Source of the DNA: a virus | Taxonomy: Duplodnaviria > Caudoviricetes | Virus record (IMG/VR): IMGVR_UViG_3300037467_000443 | Coordinates: 1-34,926 of that record | Length of the DNA: 34,926 nucleotides | Direction: 5' to 3' (one strand) | In this document: one piece after another, positions 17,067 to 26,011 of the stretch | How the letters are laid out: each line of letters opens with the position of its first letter | How positions within the stretch are numbered: the first letter of the stretch is position 1 | Notes under the pieces: generated by a model | Seen by the model: the letters and a program-made list of their open reading frames with translations, nothing else | What the model was told of the DNA's origin: nothing | Database searches by the model: none | Position numbers and translations under genes: made by a program

Positions 17067-18926
17067 CTACCGTTCTTCCCTTGCCATCCTGAATTCCTCT
17101 GCCGTTCTAGTGGCGTGGGGCAATCTTGATTGCCCGTTCGGTAGTTTGTCACGCTGTTCCATCGGGAAGCCCAAGTTCACCACCTTGAATGTTTCAAAGG
17201 CATCAGAGCTATCCGGATAGATCAAGCGTGATGCACCACCTTTGAAGCGCACCATAAAGTTTCTATCAAATCTGCTATCCGGATCATTCTTCAATGGGTG
17301 TTCAATGCCAGCTTGACGGCAAGCCTTGGCCAAGTTGGGTCTGTACAACTCGACACGCTCCACAACGCTTCTGATTTGTTGAGCGGTCTTAGCTCTCATG
17401 TCATACAATTCTGATGGTGACAAATCTGTTGGAAACCCTCTGAACTGAACCACCTTGGCAGCACGACGGCTTTCAACAATCTCTGCACGTTCCTTGTTCA
17501 GATGCTCCATTCGTGAAGCTATCCAATTCAAACGCTCGTTATGGGTTGCCAGCTTGGTCTTAATCGTGGTGGAAACAGGCGAAGCCTTTTCCCTATCCAT
17601 GGGCATATCTTCCATTAGCTCCACCAGCTTGTTCACCTTGGACTCGATGGCCTGCTTCTCACCTTCAAGCTGTTGTAACTCTCCATTGATCCTATCGCTT
17701 TGGCTATCGGTTCCACCATTGATGATGGACTCAACGTCCACTTCCGTACGCATGAAGGTTAGGAAACAATTTTCAAAATCTCCATAGTGCCAGTTCTTGG
17801 ACGTGCAATTGCCGTTTGGTGCCTCTGAACAGTACAGGATTTTGGTGTCCCGATACCGCTTCGTTACCTCTGGGTTCTTGCTCTTATATGTCCCTAGCCT
17901 TCTCTGATGCATCTTGCCGCCACACTCGGAACAGAATGCAATGCCCGTGAAAAGGTTTGATAATGTCTCACCCTTCCTGCCTGTGGCTTGTGTCTTCCTG
18001 TTGTTCCTGATTCCGGAAGATGCGTTCCAATCGGCTTCTGTGAGGATTGCCGGGTAATAGTCGGCTATCGGCTCACCATCGTTTGCCTTGCCCTTGTTGC
18101 CCTTCGTATGGGTTCTAATCTTCATCTGGAATTCGCCGAACACCGCCCGGTTGGACAGGATGGAATTGACGGAACTGTTAGCCCATGTGCCTCTTGGGTT
18201 CTTGCTGAACTTTCCACCACCATTGAATGGCTTCACACCTTCCCGGTTGAGGATTTGTGTAATTTTGTGGATGCCAAGCCCGTCCATGGACATACGATAG
18301 ATACGCTTCACAATCTCCACACGTTCAGGGATTTCAATGAAGCTCATGCGGTCATCTGACAGTTTCAACCAAGCCGGGCAAATCGATGAAAGCTTTTTGC
18401 CACCTCTCCGAGCTTCATCACGCTTGTTCTTCCATGCCTTGGCCAACATCGCTTTTTTGCGTTCGGACTCACCATTGCCCCTGCCTGCCATTGCGGAAAG
18501 CGTCACCATGTCGGCAAAGTCCAGCGGCCATTTGTATTCCTTGCCCGTGTCCAGCGTCACAAGGATGATACCCGCCTGTAGAAGCTCATAGATGATTGTT
18601 GCCATCGTTTTGAAGGCGTCTTGGCGTGACAGACGATCAAGGTTTTCCACCAGCAGCCATGAACCAGTGGCGATCTTTCCAGCCTTCACCAAAGCGAGGA
18701 ATTCGCCCAACCTACCTTCGCTGATGTTCCTTCCCCGGAAAGCCGAAACACCTTCATCCTTCATGATGTTTTCAGGATGAAGCGTGATGCCCTTTTGGGC
18801 ACACCAGTTCGTTCCAAGTTCCATCTGTCTGCGGTTGGAATCGCCATCTGCTTGAATGTCGGTTGACCACCGAACATAGAGATATGCCAGCGGCGAAGTA
18901 GCAGAAATTTTCATAATGGAATTCAT
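17067..18926 (-). CDS. Large serine recombinase (integrase)
   Basis: YVRWST catalytic motif, LLVENLDRLSR, recombinase domain, CSECGG zinc ribbon and coiled coil; 619 aa. Confidence 0.95.
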   Translation of the reverse strand: MNSIMKISATSPLAYLYVRWSTDIQADGDSNRRQMELGTNWCAQKGITLHPENIMKDEGVSAFRGRNISEGRLGEFLALVKAGKIATGSWLLVENLDRLSRQDAFKTMATIIYELLQAGIILVTLDTGKEYKWPLDFADMVTLSAMAGRGNGESERKKAMLAKAWKNKRDEARRGGKKLSSICPAWLKLSDDRMSFIEIPERVEIVKRIYRMSMDGLGIHKITQILNREGVKPFNGGGKFSKNPRGTWANSSVNSILSNRAVFGEFQMKIRTHTKGNKGKANDGEPIADYYPAILTEADWNASSGIRNNRKTQATGRKGETLSNLFTGIAFCSECGGKMHQRRLGTYKSKNPEVTKRYRDTKILYCSEAPNGNCTSKNWHYGDFENCFLTFMRTEVDVESIINGGTDSQSDRINGELQQLEGEKQAIESKVNKLVELMEDMPMDREKASPVSTTIKTKLATHNERLNWIASRMEHLNKERAEIVESRRAAKVVQFRGFPTDLSPSELYDMRAKTAQQIRSVVERVELYRPNLAKACRQAGIEHPLKNDPDSRFDRNFMVRFKGGASRLIYPDSSDAFETFKVVNLGFPMEQRDKLPNGQSRLPHATRTAEEFRMAREER

Positions 18927-18980
18927 GGTTTAGCCCTTTCCCCGCTCATATGGTGAGCTATTGGAAACGCACAAGCGTTT

Positions 18981-19032
18981 CCTTTCAGGAATGGTCTAAA
19001 CTATGAACATGGTTTGGTCAATTCCTGAAAGG
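18981..19032. other. Putative attP of the large serine integrase
   Basis: 52 bp imperfect inverted repeat with 25 bp arms (outer 12 bp perfect) around a central AA at 19006-19007, just upstream of the integrase. Confidence 0.7.
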
Positions 19033-19044
19033 GCATAGGACAAC

Positions 19045-19070
19045 AAAAAAGCCCGGAAAACCGGGCTTCT
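19045..19070 (-). terminator. Rho-independent terminator
   Basis: GCCCGG-TTTT-CCGGGC-TTTTTT on the minus strand. Confidence 0.85.
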
Positions 19071-19112
19071 GTGAGGCAATTACCAATTGCCCGTGTGGTT
19101 CTGTGTGTGGCT

Positions 19113-19481
19113 TTAGATGCGGGTCAAACCCCGTGCCGATAGCTCTTCTGCCGTGAACGGTTGCTTGGTCACTTGGTTCTTGTGAGCCCGCTTGTCATGC
19201 GGCGGATTGGTGGCAAACTCACAGATTGGGCAGACTTTACCAGCGGCGATGGCACCCTTGCCGGAACCGGTTCCCACCGCTTTCTTAGGCGTCACAAGCT
19301 TTGGTCCCTTGGTTTCCACAACCCTGTACGAATATCCAAGATCGTTCAGAGCCTCGATAGCGGCAATAACCGCTTTCATGCCTTCGTCATGTGCCTTGGC
19401 CTGAATTTCCTGCTTTTTCGCTTCAAGCGCTCTGATTTCTTCATCAATCTTTTTGGACTGGTCTGCGAACGAAATTGCCAT
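19113..19481 (-). CDS. H-NS-like coiled-coil protein with C-terminal C2H2-type zinc finger
   Basis: IDEEIRALEAKKQEIQ...AVIAAIEALNDLGY N-terminus, flexible K/G linker, and CPIC-x7-H-x4-H. Confidence 0.5.
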   Translation of the reverse strand: MAISFADQSKKIDEEIRALEAKKQEIQAKAHDEGMKAVIAAIEALNDLGYSYRVVETKGPKLVTPKKAVGTGSGKGAIAAGKVCPICEFATNPPHDKRAHKNQVTKQPFTAEELSARGLTRI

Positions 19482-19582
19482 CGGTTTGTGCCCCTTTCTG
19501 TGGTTGGTGCCGATGGAAGTTTCAATAGAATGATTCAGTTAACAAGCCAATAGGCAGTTTGGAAAAACTGCCCCATAGCGAA

Positions 19583-22500
19583 TTAGTATCTCTGCCAACG
19601 ATAACCCATGATGGTTCCAAGAACCCACGTGTTCGTTGTGCCAGCGCTTTTCTGTATCGTTAAGCCGTGGCCAAACGCTCTTGCCGTGCCAGACGGTATG
19701 TTGGTTGTGTGCTTGGTAGGTGTGAAATTCCATGTTGCACCAAGGTCTGTAGAATAGAAAAACTCCACGCTCGTTGCGTCACCGTTGATGAACGTTCCTA
19801 GAAGCGTCAATATCGATGCATCAACGGTGAAGCCCGTAATGGCATTGCTGGTAGCCGTTGTGTTGCTCATGGTCCTTGTTTGCCAAAGCGTACTCACAGT
19901 TCGGTCATAAACCCATCCGGCCATATCGGTTTGGGTTCCTGAATGCGCATCGTGAAAGCCAATGTAATTCTTGTATTCGTCTGTTGCGGTTGAAAGCACA
20001 TTGGGAACGAACGAAACCAGTGACAACATTGCGCCTACGCCAGCGGACATTCCGAGATAGCTAGTTGCAATTGAGCAACGCCCCGTAGTCGTTGTTCCAG
20101 TGTCAATCTCAAATCCAGAATATTGGCCTGATGTGATGCTGATTCCGGTATTGAAAAAGGTTGCTGCACCGGTTCCGCTTGGCCAACCGCTACCTGTGTA
20201 TGGTGATGAACCTTGCATAGCACTATCAAACATGTTGGCTACTGAACCAACTCGGGTGCCATTCGCAACTTTTAGATTTGTTCCGTCAAAAACTAGTTCG
20301 CATTCGTCACCCGGCATAAGGATGACCGGAACTCCATGTTCATTAGCTGGCATATCAAAGCGGTTTGCAGCCAAGCTAGAAGCGCTGTTGCGCTCCAATA
20401 TGATTATCCGGGCTGTAGAAGCTGACTTGCTAGTTCCGTTGCGGAGCTTGATGCGTTTACCGGTTTGCCAACTTGTCGTGGAGATACCAGTGATTTTGAT
20501 GCTGTTCGTTGGTGAAATGATCACCGTTGAAAGGACAGCTTTCTTGGTGGAAACACCGGTTGCATAGTCATTCTGGTTTGCCGATGGCGCAAGCGTGATG
20601 ACTTCCGAATCCACATCGGTTTGGTTGGCCATCTGTTGAGTTGCGCCATTGATGCGAGCAAAGAACCCGCCTGTGGTTGTCCACACATCACCATTGGTTG
20701 GTGAAGTCGGTGCGGTTCCATGCGGCACGTTGAACGATGGTCCGGAAGTCGTTGCCGCTGGTAGCGTCTTGATACCTGTTAGGGTCTGGTTTCCTTCAAC
20801 GGTCATCCATGAATAGTTGATGCCGTTGATACGAGCGGCCAAACCACCGGCTGATGTGGTCCACACATCACCGTTGAACGGCAATGTAGGTGCCGTTCCG
20901 TGAGGTAGATAAAGCCCGGCTGAACCAGTCGTTGAAGCTGGCGTTGTTACCTTGCCGGTGAACACGGCACCTTCAAGAAATGCAGCGGTTTTGGTTGCAC
21001 CGTTGATACGAACGAACCAACCGGCTGATGTGGTCCAGATATCACCGTTTACGGGTGAAGTTGGTGCAGTGCCATGAGGAAGTTTTAAATTGGCACCAGC
21101 CGTTGTAGAGCCCGGAGTAGTGAATACGTTGGCATGAACATAACCATTGGCACGTTCAATGTAGAATGGTGTATCGAGATAGCTACCGGCATCATCGTAT
21201 CTGTTTACCGCTAAATCGGAACCGACATTTGAGCCGGATTCAGTTGTAGCAGTTTTACCCAATTGCCAGCGCAAGGCAGCACTGTTGTTGTACCATTCCA
21301 AATACTTTGTTGTACCGGATGCAGCGGCCATATTGAAAGCAGTCACGGACGCATAAGAACCGCCTGTGATTGTCTTTCCGGTGAACGTTAGAGCGCTTGG
21401 AAGCCCGAACGTTGGGTTGCCCGAGACACCATCACCATTGGTCACAGAAATTTCGTTGGCAGTTCCGGTTAGGGTTCTGCCTGTGTAGACACCTGATGCT
21501 GTCTGGGTAACGATTCCATTCGTGCCGGAAAGCGTGTTCTTGGATGCCAGACCACCAAGCACGATGCCGTACACCAAGCCATTTGCAGTGGAATTGACTT
21601 GAACAATCTTGTTGTTCGCAGACGTGTAGTTTCCCGGTGTGTCTGTCAGACCAGTGAAGACGGTTACGCCACCGCCCGGCCCGGTTGGTCCCTGTGGTCC
21701 TGTAGCGCCAGTGTCGCCCTTATCACCCTTTGGAATCGTGAATTTGAGATTTGGAGCGGTGGACGTTCCAATGTTGACAACGTTCGCCAGTGTTCCCGCT
21801 GCACCGGTAATCGTGTTCGCTACAGTGAGCGTGATTGATGGTCCGATTGGTCCGGTAGGTCCGGTGTTACCAGTTGGTCCGGTTGCACCCGTATTACCTC
21901 TCGGGATCGTGAAGCGAATGTTTGGCGCTGTTGACGTGCCGATGTTGACAGCGTTCGCAAGACTACCAGCGGCACCAGTGACCGTATTCGCTACAGTGAG
22001 CGTAATGGATGGCCCGATTGGTCCGGTGGCACCAGTTGGCCCGGTTGGTCCCGTAGCGCCTGTGTCGCCTCTAGGGATGGTGAAGCGAAAATTTGCAGCC
22101 GATGAAGTTCCAAGGTTCGTAACGTTCGCTACGCTGCCTGCCGCACCTGTAATGGTTGTGGCTACAGTGATCGTAGCTGCCGTTCCGGTTGCACCTGTAG
22201 AGCCCGTGGCACCTGTAGTGCCAGTGTCACCTTTCGATGCGACCAAATTCCAATTGGCTGATGGTGGAGCGCTGTTCGTGTTGTTCGCTACAGCGATGTA
22301 GGTTGAACCATTTTGCAGAACCAAATCTGGTGTTGGAAGGTTCTTGTAGGCGGTTAGAGATGACCACGCACCTTTCCAATTGAAGTTCACGACGGAACCA
22401 CCAGTTACAATGTCCGAAACGAACTTTCCCGGTGTGATGGTCAAATCTGTAGGTTGACCGCTGACATAGATGGCAAAGTGAGAAGCGGAAGGATCAACAC

Positions 22501-22738
22501 CAAGGATCAAAGGCTTGTCTGGTGTGCCAGCCACAATCTGCATTGAGTTGGTAGAGTTGGCAGTTACAGTTGTCGTGCCGGTGCGATACCAGAAAGTTGC
22601 ACCGTTGCCTTGTTTGGCAACGATGGCAACAGCCGGGTTCTGGCTAGAGAGTGGCGGAAACTGAAAGCGCTGCGAAGATGTGGTTACACTGATCGTATTG
22701 GAAGAAGCGGAACCGCTAGGGATGAATGCTTGTGTCAT
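19583..22738 (-). CDS. Long fibre protein with collagen-like repeats
   Basis: 1051 aa; Gly-X-Y runs separated by three TIP(R/K)G(D/N) modules; three PHGTAPT.P.NGD.WTT repeats; lectin-like C-terminus. Confidence 0.85.
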   Translation of the reverse strand: MTQAFIPSGSASSNTISVTTSSQRFQFPPLSSQNPAVAIVAKQGNGATFWYRTGTTTVTANSTNSMQIVAGTPDKPLILGVDPSASHFAIYVSGQPTDLTITPGKFVSDIVTGGSVVNFNWKGAWSSLTAYKNLPTPDLVLQNGSTYIAVANNTNSAPPSANWNLVASKGDTGTTGATGSTGATGTAATITVATTITGAAGSVANVTNLGTSSAANFRFTIPRGDTGATGPTGPTGATGPIGPSITLTVANTVTGAAGSLANAVNIGTSTAPNIRFTIPRGNTGATGPTGNTGPTGPIGPSITLTVANTITGAAGTLANVVNIGTSTAPNLKFTIPKGDKGDTGATGPQGPTGPGGGVTVFTGLTDTPGNYTSANNKIVQVNSTANGLVYGIVLGGLASKNTLSGTNGIVTQTASGVYTGRTLTGTANEISVTNGDGVSGNPTFGLPSALTFTGKTITGGSYASVTAFNMAAASGTTKYLEWYNNSAALRWQLGKTATTESGSNVGSDLAVNRYDDAGSYLDTPFYIERANGYVHANVFTTPGSTTAGANLKLPHGTAPTSPVNGDIWTTSAGWFVRINGATKTAAFLEGAVFTGKVTTPASTTGSAGLYLPHGTAPTLPFNGDVWTTSAGGLAARINGINYSWMTVEGNQTLTGIKTLPAATTSGPSFNVPHGTAPTSPTNGDVWTTTGGFFARINGATQQMANQTDVDSEVITLAPSANQNDYATGVSTKKAVLSTVIISPTNSIKITGISTTSWQTGKRIKLRNGTSKSASTARIIILERNSASSLAANRFDMPANEHGVPVILMPGDECELVFDGTNLKVANGTRVGSVANMFDSAMQGSSPYTGSGWPSGTGAATFFNTGISITSGQYSGFEIDTGTTTTGRCSIATSYLGMSAGVGAMLSLVSFVPNVLSTATDEYKNYIGFHDAHSGTQTDMAGWVYDRTVSTLWQTRTMSNTTATSNAITGFTVDASILTLLGTFINGDATSVEFFYSTDLGATWNFTPTKHTTNIPSGTARAFGHGLTIQKSAGTTNTWVLGTIMGYRWQRY

Positions 22739-22746
22739 CTATCCCC

Positions 22747-23370
22747 TTATGGCCAAAGTGAATTGTCAGTGTAATTGTATGGAACTGGTGATGTTTCCTT
22801 GATGGCACGGGCTGCAAAGATGCATGACGATTCCCAAGCCGCCGCTGCCTGTCCAAAGGCAAAGCACGTTGGCGCATCCATCAGGGTCAAGCTGTTGTCA
22901 TCGGCAATCCAGACAAAATCCGTGTCGGCATTCGCCCAACGATAGTCACCGGCTTGTTTGCCAGAGGCTACAGCGAAGCCAGCAAGGGTAGCTGCACCGA
23001 TGATGCGAGCTTTGGACTCGTTATCCATGGCGTAGGATTTGCCCGAGAACACAAAGCCTGTGGCAATGCGTCTGTCACGCTCTGCATTCACTTCGGCTGA
23101 TATTGGTCGTGGCTTGTCGGCAAGCTCTAGTTCAAATTGAGCCGTCCAGCCGGATTCCGTTTGAGCAATCGTCACTGTCTGGTTAGCGGCAATCTTGTCT
23201 TCCGGAATGTCGCCAGTAGCGGGAGCGATGAAAACCAGTGTGTAGGTTCCATTTTCCCAACCCTGAACAACCGGGGAAACTTGAGCGCCGTTCGGCAGGC
23301 TAAGCCAACCGGCACCTTCTGAAACTTGTTGAATGAATGTCTGTGATTGTTTGTCAATTAAAGCGAGCAT
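22747..23370 (-). CDS. DUF4376-type tail fibre-associated protein
   Basis: VNAERDRRIATGF...WIADDNS...FAARAIK. Confidence 0.75.
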   Translation of the reverse strand: MLALIDKQSQTFIQQVSEGAGWLSLPNGAQVSPVVQGWENGTYTLVFIAPATGDIPEDKIAANQTVTIAQTESGWTAQFELELADKPRPISAEVNAERDRRIATGFVFSGKSYAMDNESKARIIGAATLAGFAVASGKQAGDYRWANADTDFVWIADDNSLTLMDAPTCFAFGQAAAAWESSCIFAARAIKETSPVPYNYTDNSLWP

Positions 23371-23390
23371 TTTTTACCTTTTGAAAAATT

Positions 23391-24086
23391 CTATGAGAGT
23401 GCGAAAGCTATAGCGCTCCAATTTCGGGAAGCGCTCCAAGATGATGTAATGGTTGCCGATGAACCTCGTGTTTGCGTTGTTCCGTAGCCAGCGTTAGTTG
23501 TGTCGCCATTGTCCTGTGTGATTGTGTCAACTGTAGTCATGCCAACACCCGAGTCCTGATATGTGACTGTGTTAGTAGCAGCCGTGTTGGTTGCTCCGAT
23601 AACCACGCTGTTCCATGGCACCGTTAGCGACACAGAAGAACTTGTGGCTGTTCCTGTGCTAGACACACCACCAGCATCAGAGCCGGGGACTCTTCTTCCC
23701 GTTACCCTGAATAGGTAGGCACCGAAGAAGACGATACCGGCAGAGAACGTTACATAGATGTTATCCGAAGGCGTTGAACCCGTTGGAATTGGGATAGCTG
23801 CGGCTGCAAATCCGTTTCCATCAAAATTGATTTGTTGGGAAAACACCGTTCCCGTGATGCTTGCCGGTGAACCCACATTGCAGGACGCAAGTGTCTTTGC
23901 TCCACTCTGATAGGTCCAGCAAGGAAGAACGATAAGTTCTCTTGTCGGATCGGGAGCACCCAAATCAATGCCAGACCCAAGTATTTGGTATGTCGTTTGA
24001 TCGGAACCGGTACTTACGCTCTTGATGAAAGAAACTTTGACCGGGTTCTTGCTCTGCACCGCAAACGGCATCAAAGGAAATGACAT
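23391..24086 (-). CDS. Tail fibre tip/receptor-binding protein
   Basis: S/T/G-rich beta protein located between the tail fibre and DUF4376 genes. Confidence 0.55.
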   Translation of the reverse strand: MSFPLMPFAVQSKNPVKVSFIKSVSTGSDQTTYQILGSGIDLGAPDPTRELIVLPCWTYQSGAKTLASCNVGSPASITGTVFSQQINFDGNGFAAAAIPIPTGSTPSDNIYVTFSAGIVFFGAYLFRVTGRRVPGSDAGGVSSTGTATSSSVSLTVPWNSVVIGATNTAATNTVTYQDSGVGMTTVDTITQDNGDTTNAGYGTTQTRGSSATITSSWSASRNWSAIAFALS

Positions 24087-24096
24087 TCAGACTCCC

Positions 24097-25077
24097 TTAC
24101 TGCATCGCCTGAACGTGCAAGTGTGTTCCCGTGCCACCTTTGGAAATGTACAGCTTGAACTTGTTGCCGTTGGTTGTGGTGAATGAATCACCCGTTACCT
24201 TCGTCCAACCTGATGTTGTGATAGCGCCAGCGGAAGCTCCGTTGGTGTACTCCACAACCATCATGAAAGAACCGATGTTTGTAGGTGGCGCTAGAGTATG
24301 CGCACCATTGTTGGTGACTTCACGGAACGAACCGCCTGTAGGGTCTGGCGTATAGGTTCCTGATGACTTTGTACCGTCATTGACAGCGGTGGAAGGATAT
24401 CCGGCTGTAAGGGTCTTGGATGCGTTGGATTTAAGCGTGTTCGTGTCAAATGCCTGAACGGTCACGCCAACCGTGTTGGCAATACGGGCATCAACATTCG
24501 CTGCCGTGAGAACGTGGGCAATCTGAACGTTGAAAGTGTCGGATGTGGAACTATAGGTGAACGGATAAACTCGCCCTGCCCCAAGTTCCGAAGATTGAAG
24601 ATTCCGACCATCCAAACGGGTGACACGCTTGGCACCAACACTGTTCACGTTCAACATGGTTGCGCCAACGCCAGACGTGTTTGCAGAAACCTTGGCCCAT
24701 ATGGTCATACCATCCGCATAGGCGGTGATAGCTGGCGATAGAGCTACAATGAGCGAATTGGCCGTACCGGTTGCAGCGGCATAATTGAACGAACCATCCT
24801 GAACCTGTGAGGTAAGCGGCAGATGTGTTCTAGCCGTAGCCGAACCGTGTCCTGTTAGCTTCTTACCGTTCATAGAAAGGTCAGCGGATGGCGAGTTGTC
24901 GCCATTGATCTGCCATGACGTGTTTACGGCGTTCGCTATGTCTTGATCGTGGGTATCTTGTGCAGACGAAAGAATCCCAACGCCAGCGGCTTCCGCTTCC
25001 TGCCAAACTTGCGTTGACTGCCTTGTTCCGTCCGTTCTTTGAAACGTCTTACTACCCGGTGAACCTGTGAAAGGGAT
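24097..25077 (-). CDS. Tail fibre (tail-attached), 326 aa with ATC start
   Basis: The frame is open 68 codons upstream of the track's ATG (xPFTGSPGSKTFQRTDG...DTHDQDIANAVN...ADLSMNGKKLT). AGGAG lies 8 nt before ATC, and there is no canonical start before the upstream stop. Confidence 0.75.
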   Translation of the reverse strand: MPFTGSPGSKTFQRTDGTRQSTQVWQEAEAAGVGILSSAQDTHDQDIANAVNTSWQINGDNSPSADLSMNGKKLTGHGSATARTHLPLTSQVQDGSFNYAAATGTANSLIVALSPAITAYADGMTIWAKVSANTSGVGATMLNVNSVGAKRVTRLDGRNLQSSELGAGRVYPFTYSSTSDTFNVQIAHVLTAANVDARIANTVGVTVQAFDTNTLKSNASKTLTAGYPSTAVNDGTKSSGTYTPDPTGGSFREVTNNGAHTLAPPTNIGSFMMVVEYTNGASAGAITTSGWTKVTGDSFTTTNGNKFKLYISKGGTGTHLHVQAMQ

Positions 25078-25122
25078 GGTCGTAACTCCTAAAAAATATC
25101 GTGTGATTGATACTATTTAGGC

Positions 25123-25500
25123 TGCACAGGTTTTCGGGTTCTTGCGCCAAACTATGCGCATTGCACAGGAATGTGAACGGCGACATTCTTGCAAATTCGG
25201 GGAAAGGTAACTACCTAAGAAAACGCAAACAGCCGAATGGTTCGGTTGTATTTACCAACCGGTTTATGCCAAGTCCCCACCTTTGTAGTGGCTGCGATTT
25301 TCAGTCACCGGGGAAGTTCGGAAAGGCATTCAAACGGATGCTCCAACGAACTTCCCCGTCTTTATTTTTAGGAGCGCAAGACATTCAAGCTCTGGCCAGA
25401 TGGTTATGAACCGGGTAGCCGTTTATAACTAGCCAACTGGTTAGATGGATTTTTGGCGCATTCTATGATAGAATGAATGCTCTCCATTTCATGATGAAAC
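25123..25500 (+). ncRNA. Candidate large structured RNA (hairpin array 2)
   Basis: Closing stem 25140-25147/25374-25381, 12 bp stem 25309-25320/25347-25358 and many G-U pairs on the plus strand. Extended -10 TGaTACTAT at 25108-25116. Confidence 0.55.
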
Positions 25501-25539
25501 TTGTTTGATAGATGGATACAAATATGAATAGAACGATTA

Positions 25540-26001
25540 TTGAGAAAGACAGATTTACCGTACTACCAAGCGTATAAAAGCCAAAAAGGTTCTTCTAAAA
25601 AGCGCAAGATTGAATGGCAATTCACATATGAGACTTGGATAAAGAAATGGGAGGAATCCGGGCTTCTTCACCTAAGAGGTAGAGGCAAGGGGAAAATGGT
25701 CATGTCGAGATATGGCGACATTGGCCCATACAATCCAGAAAATACCTCCATTCAGCTTCATAGAGACAATTTGAAGGAAGCCCACACGGGCCACGTTCAA
25801 TCAAAAGAACATCGACGCAAGATCGGTGACGCTCAAAGAGGCGAAAAGGATCATCAAGCCAAATTGACAGAGAAAGACGTGATCGAGATTCGAAATCTTG
25901 CTAAAACGAGTTCACAACGATACATTGCTGAACGTTATGGTATTAGCAATCAGCAAGTGAACAGGATTGTTCACCGCATCAATTGGGCACATATACCGTG
26001 A
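25540..26001 (+). CDS. HNH-like endonuclease with NUMOD3 and HTH; paralog of 9984-10673
   Basis: RGRGKGKMVMSRYGDIGPYNPEN core, SKEHRRKIG, and AKLTEKDVIEIR...IAERYGIS. Confidence 0.75.
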   Translation: MRKTDLPYYQAYKSQKGSSKKRKIEWQFTYETWIKKWEESGLLHLRGRGKGKMVMSRYGDIGPYNPENTSIQLHRDNLKEAHTGHVQSKEHRRKIGDAQRGEKDHQAKLTEKDVIEIRNLAKTSSQRYIAERYGISNQQVNRIVHRINWAHIP

Positions 26002-26011
26002 GGAAATCCAC

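Noticed and set aside
16861-17220. 119 aa plus-strand ORF
   Set aside because: It overlaps the integrase antisense and has no recognisable features.
21639-22301. 220 aa Pro/Val-rich plus-strand ORF
   Set aside because: It is the antisense shadow of the collagen repeats.
12074-24963. DGR template/variable repeat pair
   Set aside because: There is no reverse transcriptase, the mismatches are not adenine-specific, and the repeat is at the fibre N-terminus.
13916-25077. Invertible tail-fibre cassette driven by the small serine recombinase
   Set aside because: All fibre genes are on one strand, and I saw no gix/hix-like flanking sites or silent alternative tips.
25107-25409. 100 aa plus-strand ORF in the track
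   Set aside because: No RBS and unprotein-like composition; the region is better explained by base pairing.
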